Of a stretch of DNA of 64,000 nucleotides, positions 30,525 through 40,592 are shown one piece after another; position 1 is the first letter of the stretch, and the number at the start of each line of letters is the position of its first letter. The stretch is from the NCBI GenBank assembly GCA_965261395.1, contig OZ253462.1, positions 2,816,001-2,880,000 of the forward strand, given 5' to 3'. The notes under the pieces were generated by a model. It saw only the letters and a list, made by a program, of their open reading frames with translations. It made no database searches and was not told where the DNA came from. The translations under genes and the position numbers were made by a program. The DNA is from Candidatus Latescibacterota bacterium. GTDB lineage: Bacteria; Latescibacterota; UBA2968; UBA8231.

Positions 30525-31475
30525 TTACCATACAAACACCGTCCCCAACAGTTCATTGGGCGTATCCCGCAGTGTGTCATAGATGTGCTTGGCTTCGCTT
30601 ACCGGGACGACATCGCGGATTAAGGGTGCAATCTTCACCAATCCTCGATCGACCAGACGACACAGATTCTGCAGGTCATCGCGATCAAAATGACTGTTTT
30701 GTTTTAGCTGGATCTCGCGTCCCTGACCGAGATTAAAGGTATAGGTCACTTTGTCCCGTCCAGCGATGAATACAACCCTGCCGCGCTGGCGCACAGCACT
30801 GATAAGTTGATCCTCCATGCCCGGGACGCCGGCAAAGTCAATCACCGCATCAAACGTCCCGTCAGCGATCTCTTTTTCCCATCTGTCCCCTGCAACATTC
30901 AGCACGGTTTCAGCCGCACCAATCTGCTCGGCAATTTCCAGCCGATTGGCATTGATGTCGCAAAGCGTGGTGCGCGCTCCCATGCTAGTAGCAATTTGGG
31001 CGGCGACCTGACCGATGATGCCAGCCCCCACGATCAACACCCGTTCTCCCATCTGCAACTCGGCGTTGCGACAGGTGCGCATGGCGACACTGGTCATCCC
31101 AAAAAGCGCCGCCTCCTTGCGGTCAATCAAGTCAGGCAGCTTGATGAGCAAGCCATCTTCTGGCATCACGACGTACTCTGCGTGGACGGCACTCATGTAC
31201 AGCACATCCCCAATCTGTAGTTCGCTGACATCGGGCCCTACCGCAATCACCCGTCCCACATTTTGGTAGCCGCCTCCACCGGTGGGCAGTTGTTCATCTT
31301 TGGGAGCGTAGTTGCCGCCAATCAGTTGATTGCGTTCCGTGCCGTTTGTTATCCCAGAGTAGATCGTCTCGGTTTTGACTTCGTTGCCGGTTGGTCCCTC
31401 CGGCTCAGGCCAATCGTGGACCGGGACTTTCTGCCTTCTCTTATCAGGTAAGCCTTGAATACTCAACGTCCGCAT
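30525..31475 (-). CDS. MDR/zinc-binding alcohol dehydrogenase family
   Basis: SGITNGTE, GYQNVG, VLIVGAGIIG. Confidence 0.85.
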   Translation of the reverse strand: MRTLSIQGLPDKRRQKVPVHDWPEPEGPTGNEVKTETIYSGITNGTERNQLIGGNYAPKDEQLPTGGGGYQNVGRVIAVGPDVSELQIGDVLYMSAVHAEYVVMPEDGLLIKLPDLIDRKEAALFGMTSVAMRTCRNAELQMGERVLIVGAGIIGQVAAQIATSMGARTTLCDINANRLEIAEQIGAAETVLNVAGDRWEKEIADGTFDAVIDFAGVPGMEDQLISAVRQRGRVVFIAGRDKVTYTFNLGQGREIQLKQNSHFDRDDLQNLCRLVDRGLVKIAPLIRDVVPVSEAKHIYDTLRDTPNELLGTVFVW

Positions 31476-31489
31476 GGACCCTTTCCTCC

Positions 31490-32122
31490 CTAGATCCTTC
31501 CCGCCAACCACTGAATTCCCTGCGAGATAACCGTGCGAAAATTTGAGTCAGCAAAAACCTGATTGTCGTGACCGGACTGACAACAAAACACGCGAGCGTT
31601 CTTGTACTGTCGAGTCCACGCCAGCGTCTTCATGCTATCGGGGTGATCAGTGGTCAACAACAAGTCACTGTCGTCCCCCGGATCCGCCATGAGATAAGTC
31701 TCATCCACCATTTCCCACGGAGCCAATCCCCGGAGGATCGGGTGCTGCGAATCCACGATGTCAACATGCAGGTTTTGGTCAACCTTGAAACCGAAACTGC
31801 GATCTTGAATGCCGCACAGCTCCGACCACAATGGCCACTGCGGAAACGCGAGGATGGCATGGTGCAGCACCAATATACCCGCTTGATTTTCACCGAGTTG
31901 TTCAATGGCTTCCCTGACTCTCCCTTCATCGGGCGTCTGCCGATGAAAGTTATAGAATGCGAGGACATCATACTGCGCTCGGACTTTGCCAGCATCTGCC
32001 GCAAAGTTCTCCAAATCCTGTAAATAAAAATCAATGTCGGGAATACTCCTGAACAACGCGTGAAATCCCGGCACATCAAAGGCATGTTGTCCGGTTATCA
32101 CCGCTGTTTTGATCTTGCTCAT
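31490..32122 (-). CDS. ThuA-like domain protein
   Basis: ITGQHAFD, LVLHHA, HPI, DETY, AWTRQY..ARVF..QSGHD. Confidence 0.85.
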   Translation of the reverse strand: MSKIKTAVITGQHAFDVPGFHALFRSIPDIDFYLQDLENFAADAGKVRAQYDVLAFYNFHRQTPDEGRVREAIEQLGENQAGILVLHHAILAFPQWPLWSELCGIQDRSFGFKVDQNLHVDIVDSQHPILRGLAPWEMVDETYLMADPGDDSDLLLTTDHPDSMKTLAWTRQYKNARVFCCQSGHDNQVFADSNFRTVISQGIQWLAGRI

Positions 32123-32150
32123 AATACCCTCCTAATTACAAATGAAATAG

Positions 32151-32293
32151 TGATGTTACGCACCGACCTCTTAGGTATGGGATGCTTCGCTTACGCTCAG
32201 CATGACAAGGAAAAAGTGCGCCAGCCTCTGTCATGCTGAGCGGAGCGGAGCGGAGTCGAAGCATCTCATACCTAGGTGCCGTGCGTAATGTCA
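32151..32293. repeat. ~143-bp palindromic REP/MITE-like element
   Basis: Nested inverted repeats TGATGTTACGCAC/GTGCGTAATGTCA, TAGGTATGGGATGCTTCG/CGAAGCATCTCATACCTA, CGCTCAGCATGACA/TGTCATGCTGAGCG. Confidence 0.8.
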
Positions 32294-32367
32294 GTGAAAT
32301 AATCCGAGAACGAGGGGTAGGTGCGGGAATTGGGCGAGGCTTTGGCGGGCGTGGGGTGGTTCCGCGG

Positions 32368-33555
32368 TCAAATAACAGAAATGGCGCTCCGGGCCACCTC
32401 GTCCCAGTCCGGTTCCACTGCGGGACGGTCGCTCCAAGCTATCGACATAGCGCCGTTCTCTACGACGACCGTACCCCGGCAGTCCAGTTCCTCCTCGGAA
32501 GGACGCGGCTGCAGTCCCGAGGCTTCAAAGACGGGATCGTTGCCAATAGATAGGATGACCTGGGGATCGCCGCCGTGTACCTCCACACCGAAGCTTTCGG
32601 CCAGTTGGGCCTGTTTGACCTGGCCCGTGATGCCGATGCCCCGCTGCCGGACGATATCGGCAGCCTGTAACGCCAAGTACGGCGCCGTATTGTAGGGCTG
32701 GCCGCCGATGGCTCCGATCCATTCGAGGGTCAGCACCGGAAGATCGAGAGCGTCGCACAGCTTCTTCAAACCCATGATGTCGTAGTCCTGCAGCGGCTCT
32801 TCGATCCACCTGTAATGGTACTTCTCCAGGATGCGGCCGATTTTCACGGCCTCCTCGAACGTGTACGACTCCACGGCATCGTGAAAGAGCAGGATATCGT
32901 CGCCCAGCGTCTCCCGCAGCTTCACGGCCATCTCCCCATTGCCCTTCACCCCCCGGTACGAGTGATCCTTGCAGCCGATGAACCCCTCTTCTTCCACCAG
33001 TTTCACCGCGTGGGCCACCAAGTCGTCAATGGTCCGACCGCCGACATTGCAGTAGGCGGGGACGCTTTCGCGGCAGGCTCCGAGCAGCTTGTAGATCGGC
33101 AGGCGGGCAGATCGACTCGCCAAGTCCCACAACATCCGGTCAATGGTGTCGAGCAGCCCCCTTCCCGTGTACATGAACCGCTGGGCCATCCAGAAACGCT
33201 GCCAGATGTATTCCCGGTCGAAGGCATCCACGCCGATGAGCATGTGGGCATACCGGGCCAGAAACGCCTTGGCCTCCCATTCCAGGTCCCGGAGATTGAA
33301 ACCCGTGGCATAGTTGGCGTATGCATCCAAGTCTCCATCCGTCGCGAGCCGGATCATCAGGCGGTACGTTGGCTCGGGTTCTTCCCCGGAAAACGTAAAT
33401 CCATCTGGCGGGTCGGCACCGAATCCCTGGTCGTGGGTAAGCAGGCCGGAGATGCCCGGCGGCACGGGAGCGATGCTTCCTCTGGCTCCGCAACTCTCCT
33501 GCCGCGTCGCGGGTTCGCCCTGCAATAGGTAACACTTAATATCCCGAATCTGCAT
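32368..33555 (-). CDS. Mandelate racemase/muconate lactonizing (enolase superfamily) enzyme
   Basis: LWDLA...LPIYKLLGA; metal ligands FHD, IEEP, TLE. Confidence 0.88.
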   Translation of the reverse strand: MQIRDIKCYLLQGEPATRQESCGARGSIAPVPPGISGLLTHDQGFGADPPDGFTFSGEEPEPTYRLMIRLATDGDLDAYANYATGFNLRDLEWEAKAFLARYAHMLIGVDAFDREYIWQRFWMAQRFMYTGRGLLDTIDRMLWDLASRSARLPIYKLLGACRESVPAYCNVGGRTIDDLVAHAVKLVEEEGFIGCKDHSYRGVKGNGEMAVKLRETLGDDILLFHDAVESYTFEEAVKIGRILEKYHYRWIEEPLQDYDIMGLKKLCDALDLPVLTLEWIGAIGGQPYNTAPYLALQAADIVRQRGIGITGQVKQAQLAESFGVEVHGGDPQVILSIGNDPVFEASGLQPRPSEEELDCRGTVVVENGAMSIAWSDRPAVEPDWDEVARSAISVI

Positions 33556-33573
33556 AGGGTATCCTAGTCAGCC

Positions 33574-34587
33574 TCAGATCTCAATCAGTTCCGTGGTGTG
33601 CTCGTTGACAGCGCCCATGTCGATCTCCATGCCCAATCCCGGTGCATCGGGAATCTCGATGTAACCATCGCATATCTGCAGCGGATTCTCGATGAACGGC
33701 GAAGAGGATCCGTTTTCAGCTATTTCCAGAAAGGGCGTATTCCGGATGGTGCCCGCGAGATGTAGATGGGCGAAACCGTCGCAGATCCCGAAACCGTCCA
33801 GATGGCAGTAGGCCCCGAAGGCTTCGGCACAGCGGGCGGCCTTGAGCACATCCGTCATGCCGCCGGCCCGCGCTACCCCGGTGCGAACGTGGTCGGCCGC
33901 CTGAGCCGCCATGACTTGGGCCGCTTCCATGGGGCTGGACACACCCATGCTTATCGGGGTATCGAGCGCGGCAGCTACCTGCCTGCCTCCGGAAAAGTCG
34001 TTGTCGGGCCGCGGCCGGTCAAAACAAAAAAAGTCTGCATCGTCGAGCGCCCTGCCGATCCGTATCGCCTTATCAATGATCCACCGCGTCCGGCCGTCGA
34101 ACAACAGGCAGAAATCCGCTCCGACAGCCCTGCGCACGTCGTGGATCAGGTTGACGAGCGCTTCTTCGTCCAAAAGAGCGTCGATTTTGTACGCCCGGAA
34201 ACCTGCACGCCGCGCTTCCTGCGCTTCCTCGACGATCTCTTCCGCCGAGTTTCGCTCTGCACCCCTCCTGCAAACCGGAATGCGGTTGCGAAAGCCATTG
34301 ACATGCCGATGAATCGGCTGGCCAGCGGCCTTGGCCGTGAGGTCCCACAATGCGACGTCAATACAGGCGCGAAGATCGACAGGCACGCTCCCGTCCACTT
34401 CGTTGAAAGCCAGCCATATCCGTTCGCGATCGACGGGATTCGCATTGATGAGGACGGAGGCCGCCTCGGCCATGTCGGCCCCGGCGACCGTGGCCGCCAC
34501 ACCAGTACAGCGACCTTCTAGGCCCGCGTCGGTCAGGATGCGCAACAGACCGGCGGGCTGGTGTACGACTATTCGAGATATAATCAT
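33574..34587 (-). CDS. Mandelate racemase/enolase superfamily protein, divergent active site
   Basis: IDVALWDL.AK.AGQP, GFRAYK, LLFDG, PDAPGLG. Confidence 0.85.
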   Translation of the reverse strand: MIISRIVVHQPAGLLRILTDAGLEGRCTGVAATVAGADMAEAASVLINANPVDRERIWLAFNEVDGSVPVDLRACIDVALWDLTAKAAGQPIHRHVNGFRNRIPVCRRGAERNSAEEIVEEAQEARRAGFRAYKIDALLDEEALVNLIHDVRRAVGADFCLLFDGRTRWIIDKAIRIGRALDDADFFCFDRPRPDNDFSGGRQVAAALDTPISMGVSSPMEAAQVMAAQAADHVRTGVARAGGMTDVLKAARCAEAFGAYCHLDGFGICDGFAHLHLAGTIRNTPFLEIAENGSSSPFIENPLQICDGYIEIPDAPGLGMEIDMGAVNEHTTELIEI

Positions 34588-34625
34588 GGGCTTTTCAATA
34601 ATGTTATCCGATATGTGTGCAGTGC

Positions 34626-34654
34626 AGTATAGATCGGCAGATGTGCGACGTCAA
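34626..34654 (-). promoter_or_regulatory. Sigma70-like promoter
   Basis: TTGACG-N17-TATACT about 40 bp upstream of the 34587 start. Confidence 0.65.
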
Positions 34655-34791
34655 CGATCTATGTTCGAGTTTCCGGTCTCGCCATGGAGCCAACGAAGGC
34701 CACCCGGCCAGCCTTGGTCGGCCATACGAACAGAAAGTTCTCAACACAGGATAATTCTCCGTGGTTCCGAACCTGTTGCTCGCTCTTTGCC

Positions 34792-35060
34792 TCATTTCAA
34801 CAAATGGGCCGCGACCATATTCTCGAAGCGAGGCCCCTCCTCCGCCACCTCGGACCAGTCCCACAGGTAGTACTTGGCCTCTTTTTTGAGGGCCCGTTCC
34901 AAACGTCGGTGATAGGGGGGCACGCGGAACAGATAGTAGTTGCGGGCCAGTAACTCGATCCAGCTCTTGACAGTTTTGGGGCTGGCTTCGACATCTTCGG
35001 CTAGGTTGCTGATCGACAGGGGCGAGCTAACTCGTCCGGGAATTAGGCTGCCTAGCAGCT
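34792..35060 (-). pseudogene. Fragment of AAA+ ATPase/DUF4143 gene
   Basis: LIPGRVSSPLSISNLAEDVEASPKTVKSWIELL...KEAKYYLWDW...FENMVAAHLLK*; no start codon. Confidence 0.7.
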
Positions 35061-35170
35061 ATCGATGAACCCGAACTCCCAAATTATCAATACAAAAATG
35101 GAGTCGGCTCCCAAATTATCGGGTAGGTTAGCGGGCGAGACAATTCCACCCCAACCAATCGGCGCTGCAA

Positions 35171-37141
35171 TCAGTTGAGAAAGGTGCCTATTACATTGCC
35201 GTGCATGCCGGTGTACAGGTCGATGATCAGCCAGCAGCCGGCCGGGACGATTTCTCCCACAATCAGGCCGAGGAAAAAGGGCACGGCTCTACGGTAGAGG
35301 TTGGGGCCGCCGTACTTGAGCATGACGCTTTTGAGGATAAAGGCGGCAAATACGCTGAACCACATGGAGCCAAAGGCCGAGCTGATGGGGAAGCCGAGGG
35401 GGTGGAAGGGCCACCAGAGGAATTTGTAGTGCAGCAGTTCTAGGATCGCCATGATGCCGGCGCCCACCCCCACCTGGATCCAGCCATCGATGTGGGGTCC
35501 CAGTGGGGCGGATACCACTATGTCCATGTAGCGGTAGGGGTACCAGGCAGAGTTAGCAGCGTAGAACTGGTTGAGATTGATGGCTCCGTGCGCATAGGCG
35601 GTCTCTAGGCGGATCCACATGGAAATGGCCAGTGTGATCAGGACCGTGCCCATAATGGCCCAGAACAAGCGCCTTTTGTGGCGGCCGATCTGCTCGGCCA
35701 GTTTGAGGCCGTTGGCGCAAGCGCTCATCAGCAGGATGAGCACGTCCGTGGCCCAGACATAGGTGGTGGCCAAAGCGGCCCCGCCGCGGGGCCCCAGCAG
35801 CGCGGTGCCGACCCCGGCCGAGACAAAGTCGGGCCCGGTGATGGGCGGGAACATGACCACGACCCCGCCCTCGGCCACCACCCGGGTGATGGTCAGAAAG
35901 AGGACGAAACAGGCACCCAGCAGGATGGGCACTAACCACAGGGGCAGACCGGCTTGCCACAGCCAGACAGTCATGACGCCCAGACCCAACAGACCGCCCA
36001 AGACGGCTTGGCGGTACGACATTATCTCGTCGGCGTCGTCGACCTCCTCGGCCCCGGTAAAGGCCTTGCGCCAGACCGCGCGCAAATGGTCGCGGGCGTT
36101 CCACAGGCCGATCAGCACCAGGACGATCATGCCGCCCATGGCCTGGTACATGACGATAGGGTGGGCGTAGTGGCCGAAAGCCCCCACCGGTCCCGGGTCG
36201 ATTTTGATGCCGAGCAGGCGAAAAAGGCCCTGTTCGACCACGTTGATGAGGTAGAAGAAACAGAGACCAGCGGCAATGTTGCGGCTGATGAGAAAGGAAA
36301 AGCCCAGTAGGGTAAAGCTGAGGGTGAAGCCCAGGCCAATGGAGCCGCGAAACAAGGTCATGGAGCCAAAGCTGGTGCTGATTGAGGGAATGTAGTGGAA
36401 GTAATTGTGCAGGGCGTTGATATTGCCGATGAGGAAGGGTAGGAGGAAGCCTAGCCACATGACGCGGTTTTTAAAGAAGGGGGGGATCGGCGAAGACTCC
36501 TCTGCATCGCTGCGCGCCTCCTCGATCATGTGCAGGGGCAGTTGCATGGTGGGATAGACCAAGCGCTCGCGCTCGACCCACTGGCGGCGCAGCACGACCG
36601 AGACGCAGACCATGACCAGGTACAGGGCCAGGCCAAAGAGGAGCCAGTAGAGCAGCGGAGCGGCCCAGGCGTCCCAAGGCACGCCGGCCTGGGTTTGGTC
36701 GGCTCCTTCGTAGTACTGGCGCACCACCCGCTCGTCCTGCACAGTGGCCCAGTCGGGCAGAAAGGGCAATAGTCGCTCGGCCCAGTCGTTTTCGGGCGTG
36801 GCATAGTACTGCGCCCCGGTGGCAATGGGCATGACGTACGCGGTAAAGCCCCGGGCGGGCAGGGTATTGGCGATGAGCAGCAGGATGTACACGACGGCCA
36901 ATTCGCTCTTGTCCAGGGCCAGGCCGCGGCGTACCAGGCGCAGGGCGACATTGACCAGACCGACCAGCACGACAAAGAGGAAAATGGCCCCGGGGCTGGT
37001 GTTCCACACCCCCATCTGCGAGCCCTTGATGATCATGTCGCCGTAGGGGATGGCCACGGCCATAAAAGCTGCCAGGGCTAGGCCCACGGCTATGGCCCGG
37101 AAGCTGCAGCCGCGGTAGGGGTAGGGCGGTTTATCGTCCAA
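35171..37141 (-). CDS. DUF6785/DUF6784 family membrane protein (OPT-like putative transporter)
   Basis: LRRQWVERERLVYP, TRVVAEGG, WWPFHPLG, KYGG..LYR...FFLGLI.GE. Confidence 0.8.
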   Translation of the reverse strand: MDDKPPYPYRGCSFRAIAVGLALAAFMAVAIPYGDMIIKGSQMGVWNTSPGAIFLFVVLVGLVNVALRLVRRGLALDKSELAVVYILLLIANTLPARGFTAYVMPIATGAQYYATPENDWAERLLPFLPDWATVQDERVVRQYYEGADQTQAGVPWDAWAAPLLYWLLFGLALYLVMVCVSVVLRRQWVERERLVYPTMQLPLHMIEEARSDAEESSPIPPFFKNRVMWLGFLLPFLIGNINALHNYFHYIPSISTSFGSMTLFRGSIGLGFTLSFTLLGFSFLISRNIAAGLCFFYLINVVEQGLFRLLGIKIDPGPVGAFGHYAHPIVMYQAMGGMIVLVLIGLWNARDHLRAVWRKAFTGAEEVDDADEIMSYRQAVLGGLLGLGVMTVWLWQAGLPLWLVPILLGACFVLFLTITRVVAEGGVVVMFPPITGPDFVSAGVGTALLGPRGGAALATTYVWATDVLILLMSACANGLKLAEQIGRHKRRLFWAIMGTVLITLAISMWIRLETAYAHGAINLNQFYAANSAWYPYRYMDIVVSAPLGPHIDGWIQVGVGAGIMAILELLHYKFLWWPFHPLGFPISSAFGSMWFSVFAAFILKSVMLKYGGPNLYRRAVPFFLGLIVGEIVPAGCWLIIDLYTGMHGNVIGTFLN

Positions 37142-37187
37142 GTCTATATTTTCTCAAAGACCAAAATCATAGTGGAGCATTAAAAAA

Positions 37188-39044
37188 TCACCTAGCGCCG
37201 CGCAGCAGGAACACGCGGTCGCTGTTGAAGTAGTCGCCGACCCGCTCGTCGCGGTAAGCACCACCGGCGATCAGCAGGCGGCCGTTGACAGAAGCCGCTG
37301 CGCCCCAGCTAACCGGCAGGGGTATGTCGGGGCCCTGACGCCACTGGCCGGTAGCCGGTGTGTAGGCAAAGGTCGCCGTCTGGCCGCTTTTGGCTCCCCG
37401 TCCTCCCATGACCCAGATGCTGCCGTTGAAGACCGTGCATAGAGGAGCGCTGGGAGGCCGCGACGGGTGCTCGATCTGGCTCCAGCTATCCTGCTCGGGG
37501 TCATAGACGAACAGACCTGGGCACTGGGAAGAGGGGCCTGCGGCAATGTAAAGCCTGCCGTCCAAAACGCAGCCGCTGGCCTGCAACACTGGGCCGGGTG
37601 CGGGGGCGTCAACCCGCCAACTCGTCTCCCCAGCTCCGATGCTCAGGACCTCTGCCGTCGGGCCTTGGTCGTCGGCACCACCCACGGCGTACAACCGGCC
37701 ATTGACGGTGAGGGCTACCACTTGGCCTGCTTTGCGCGGTAACGGTGGGCCGCGGCGATATCGCCGCGTGTGGGGATCGAAGATTTCGACGGTCGTCGTC
37801 GCCCGCGTCCCTCTGCCCGCGCGGAAGAGGCCCCCCAAGAGCCAGAGCTCGTCGTCGAGAGCGGCGATGCCGGAATAAGCCTTGCCCGGTTCGAGCATAG
37901 GCGGCTCCACGCGCCAAGTGCCCGTGGGGATGTGGTAGGACCACACGTGGTCGAGGTTCACCCACTCCGACGCCGGCCAGCCGAAGAAGGTTTTGCCCCC
38001 GGCGGTATATAGGCGGTCCCCGATGCGGGCAAAGATGTGGTCGTGGTTGCCCGCTGGCATCCTCGGTTGCTCGTCCCAGTGCTCGTGCCAGGGCATCTCG
38101 ATAGCGTCGAGGCTCTGGACTCGCCCCGCGCTCAACACCAAGAGGCTGCCGGAGCGGGCATGCAACAGCGCCTGCACCGGACCATCCTCGCCCGCCTGGA
38201 TCTCCCGCCAAGTCGGCGGGCCATCGGCATCCACAGTCAACTCGCGCAAGCTGCCATCGGCGAAGCCAACGATGATCTGACCGCCACCGCGCGCGATCGC
38301 AGTGATGCGGGCATCGACGGGGTTGGCAAAGGAGCGAGGATCAGACGAGCGGGGATCGACGCGCAGGACGGAGGCTTCCAAGGCCACCCAGACGAAGCCG
38401 GCGTCGTCGGTGGCAGCACCCTGCCAAGAGCCAGCGAGTTGATTGGCGGGCAGGTCGAGGCGCTGCCAGCCGTGGGGACTTTGGTCGGTCAGGACGGCTA
38501 TATCCCGCCGTTGGCCGTCCTCGGCGACGGCCCACACGTTGCCGAAGGGGTCGTCACACATCGGCGTGATCTCCCATCCGGGTGGGGAGAAAGGCGCGGC
38601 CTCGAACATGGCGTCGCCTCGACGCATGGCACCGCACCCAGCGCACCAGACATCGCCCCAGCGCGTCGCCAGCAACGGGCCCGGCGACCCTTGGAGAAGG
38701 AATGAGGGCGTTCGGGAAACCGGCTCGCCTCCCTGACGCGGGTAGCGCTGGACCTCGTCATCGAGGGCCATCCACGCCTCCCCATCAGGGGCAATCTGTA
38801 GGCCCTGGACGCCCCCCTCGCCGACGACTTCCCAGGTGCCGGCGTCGTCAGGGGTGCTGCGGGCGACGATTCCCCCGGAGCTATAGACGGCAACATAGAT
38901 TCGTCCGTCGCGGTCTTCGAGGAGCAGGCCCGGCCCGGCGGGCAGGCCCTCGTGCAAGATGTCGGCCGCGGCAAGTCCAGCGGAAATGACCATGAGGCAA
39001 CCTATTCGATAGAGGGATCGGAGTGGGATGAAATCAAGTAGCAT
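37188..39044 (-). CDS. Kelch-repeat protein with N-terminal sensor-type beta-propeller
   Basis: Six Kelch repeats (LYTAGG, LWLLGG, LYAVGG, LYIAAG, IWVMGG, LLIAGG); DPFGNVW/DAGFVW repeats. Confidence 0.8.
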   Translation of the reverse strand: MLLDFIPLRSLYRIGCLMVISAGLAAADILHEGLPAGPGLLLEDRDGRIYVAVYSSGGIVARSTPDDAGTWEVVGEGGVQGLQIAPDGEAWMALDDEVQRYPRQGGEPVSRTPSFLLQGSPGPLLATRWGDVWCAGCGAMRRGDAMFEAAPFSPPGWEITPMCDDPFGNVWAVAEDGQRRDIAVLTDQSPHGWQRLDLPANQLAGSWQGAATDDAGFVWVALEASVLRVDPRSSDPRSFANPVDARITAIARGGGQIIVGFADGSLRELTVDADGPPTWREIQAGEDGPVQALLHARSGSLLVLSAGRVQSLDAIEMPWHEHWDEQPRMPAGNHDHIFARIGDRLYTAGGKTFFGWPASEWVNLDHVWSYHIPTGTWRVEPPMLEPGKAYSGIAALDDELWLLGGLFRAGRGTRATTTVEIFDPHTRRYRRGPPLPRKAGQVVALTVNGRLYAVGGADDQGPTAEVLSIGAGETSWRVDAPAPGPVLQASGCVLDGRLYIAAGPSSQCPGLFVYDPEQDSWSQIEHPSRPPSAPLCTVFNGSIWVMGGRGAKSGQTATFAYTPATGQWRQGPDIPLPVSWGAAASVNGRLLIAGGAYRDERVGDYFNSDRVFLLRGAR

Positions 39045-39316
39045 TGTGGCCAGCTTTCTTCGTTAGCATGGTACCTTCTGTTGTTCAAGAGCGTCTAGAA
39101 GGAAGGTTTTAGTACTCAGGAGTTGCAATAATAGATACCTGCCCAGAAGCGGTCAATCTCGATGATCGCGGCTGTTGTGAAGCACCTCCTATAATTGCAT
39201 AAGAGGCGCTTTTTCGTTCTATTGACCTAGGGGTTCCATTCGACGTTCGGCTCTATGACTTCGCACTGATACCAGAGGCCGAAACAGTCGGTCTATCTTC
39301 TCATGGCAAGGCCATT

Positions 39317-40504
39317 ATGACTAGTACCCTAACCAATCAACAGATCGCCGATTACCGCGAAAACGGCTACCTCATCATCCGCGACGTCGTCTCCTCTCGG
39401 GAGACCTCCGAACTGAGGAGCATCGTCCAGCGGATGGCCCGTGCAGGAGCGTACCCGTCCTCTCTGCAGTACCCAACACCCGGCAAGTACACCATCAGCG
39501 GCAACCGGATCGCCGAACCCGGATTGTCTCCCATTGCCGAGCATCCTATGGTCGTCGATGCAGTCGAAGCCATACTTGGACAACCCGCTCATCTGACCGC
39601 GTACGTCGCCTATATGCGCTCCCCGGGCGACAAAGGCGGCGGCGCTCACTGCGACTACAAGCGATGGCGCCCTGTGGGATCCTCAATGCGTTGGCTCTTT
39701 GCCATCATTCCGCTAAACGACTTCAACCGAGCATACGGCCCGCTGCTGGTCTCGCCCGCATCGCACAAACTCGCGCAAGTCATCGACCCAGATGCGCACA
39801 TCTTGGATTTCGCGCGCCCCGACATCGAACAACTGCCCGACTTCATCGACCCCGAGCTAAAAGCCGGCGATCTGCTGCTGATGGATGCGCATACTTGGCA
39901 CAAGGCACCCGAAGGGACCACTTCCGATGACCGCGTCGGGATATTCAACAAGTACTGCGCTGTCAACGCTCCGCCCGCTGCGGGCTACTATCCATACGAC
40001 CGCACCGCCTACGATGCATTGAGCGACGCTGGCAAGCGGCTTATACCCATCCACTTTGACCAACCGCTCACAGACACCCGACTGCTCATCGAGTCAACAT
40101 CTGGTGCAGAATCTCGGTATCTCCTCACCAGCACGGACGGGAATGGGAGCTGGGAACTGCCCGGTGGCAAAGGTTGGGAGGAAGAAAAGGTCGGCTGGGA
40201 CATCGGCGCTCGGGTCGGCTCCTTGCAGTCGCTAGTCAAGAGTCAGTTGAACGTCGAGATCCCTTGGGCATCCTACATCGAGGATGTCGTAACCGATGGC
40301 GGAGTTTCGCGGCTCTACGGGTATGCGGACGCCGAAGTGGATCGTGGATCACTCGGCGCTGGAAACTGGTTCACCAAGGACCAGCTCCTGAACATGCTCG
40401 GCGAGTCGCACGCCATCTGCCACGCGGTATCGACCTGGCACAGAGAGGACCTGATTCGGGGCAAGGGCAAGGCGGTCAGTCAGAGCCGACAACAGTTCGA
40501 ATAG
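39317..40504 (+). CDS. PhyH family dioxygenase with C-terminal NUDIX-like extension
   Basis: ENGYLII, AHCD, PASH, TWH; C-terminal YLL...WELPGG. Confidence 0.8.
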   Translation: MTSTLTNQQIADYRENGYLIIRDVVSSRETSELRSIVQRMARAGAYPSSLQYPTPGKYTISGNRIAEPGLSPIAEHPMVVDAVEAILGQPAHLTAYVAYMRSPGDKGGGAHCDYKRWRPVGSSMRWLFAIIPLNDFNRAYGPLLVSPASHKLAQVIDPDAHILDFARPDIEQLPDFIDPELKAGDLLLMDAHTWHKAPEGTTSDDRVGIFNKYCAVNAPPAAGYYPYDRTAYDALSDAGKRLIPIHFDQPLTDTRLLIESTSGAESRYLLTSTDGNGSWELPGGKGWEEEKVGWDIGARVGSLQSLVKSQLNVEIPWASYIEDVVTDGGVSRLYGYADAEVDRGSLGAGNWFTKDQLLNMLGESHAICHAVSTWHREDLIRGKGKAVSQSRQQFE

Positions 40505-40539
40505 GTCGGTCCGACCAGCCACAGAGACACCTCGATAGA

Positions 40540-40575
40540 CCGCCCGCGGCCGGATGCGCATCCAGTCGCGGGCGG
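40540..40575. terminator. GC-rich hairpin between convergent genes
   Basis: CCGCCCGCGGCCGGATGC/GCATCCAGTCGCGGGCGG. Confidence 0.55.
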
Positions 40576-40592
40576 CCCTTCCAGCACTGATT

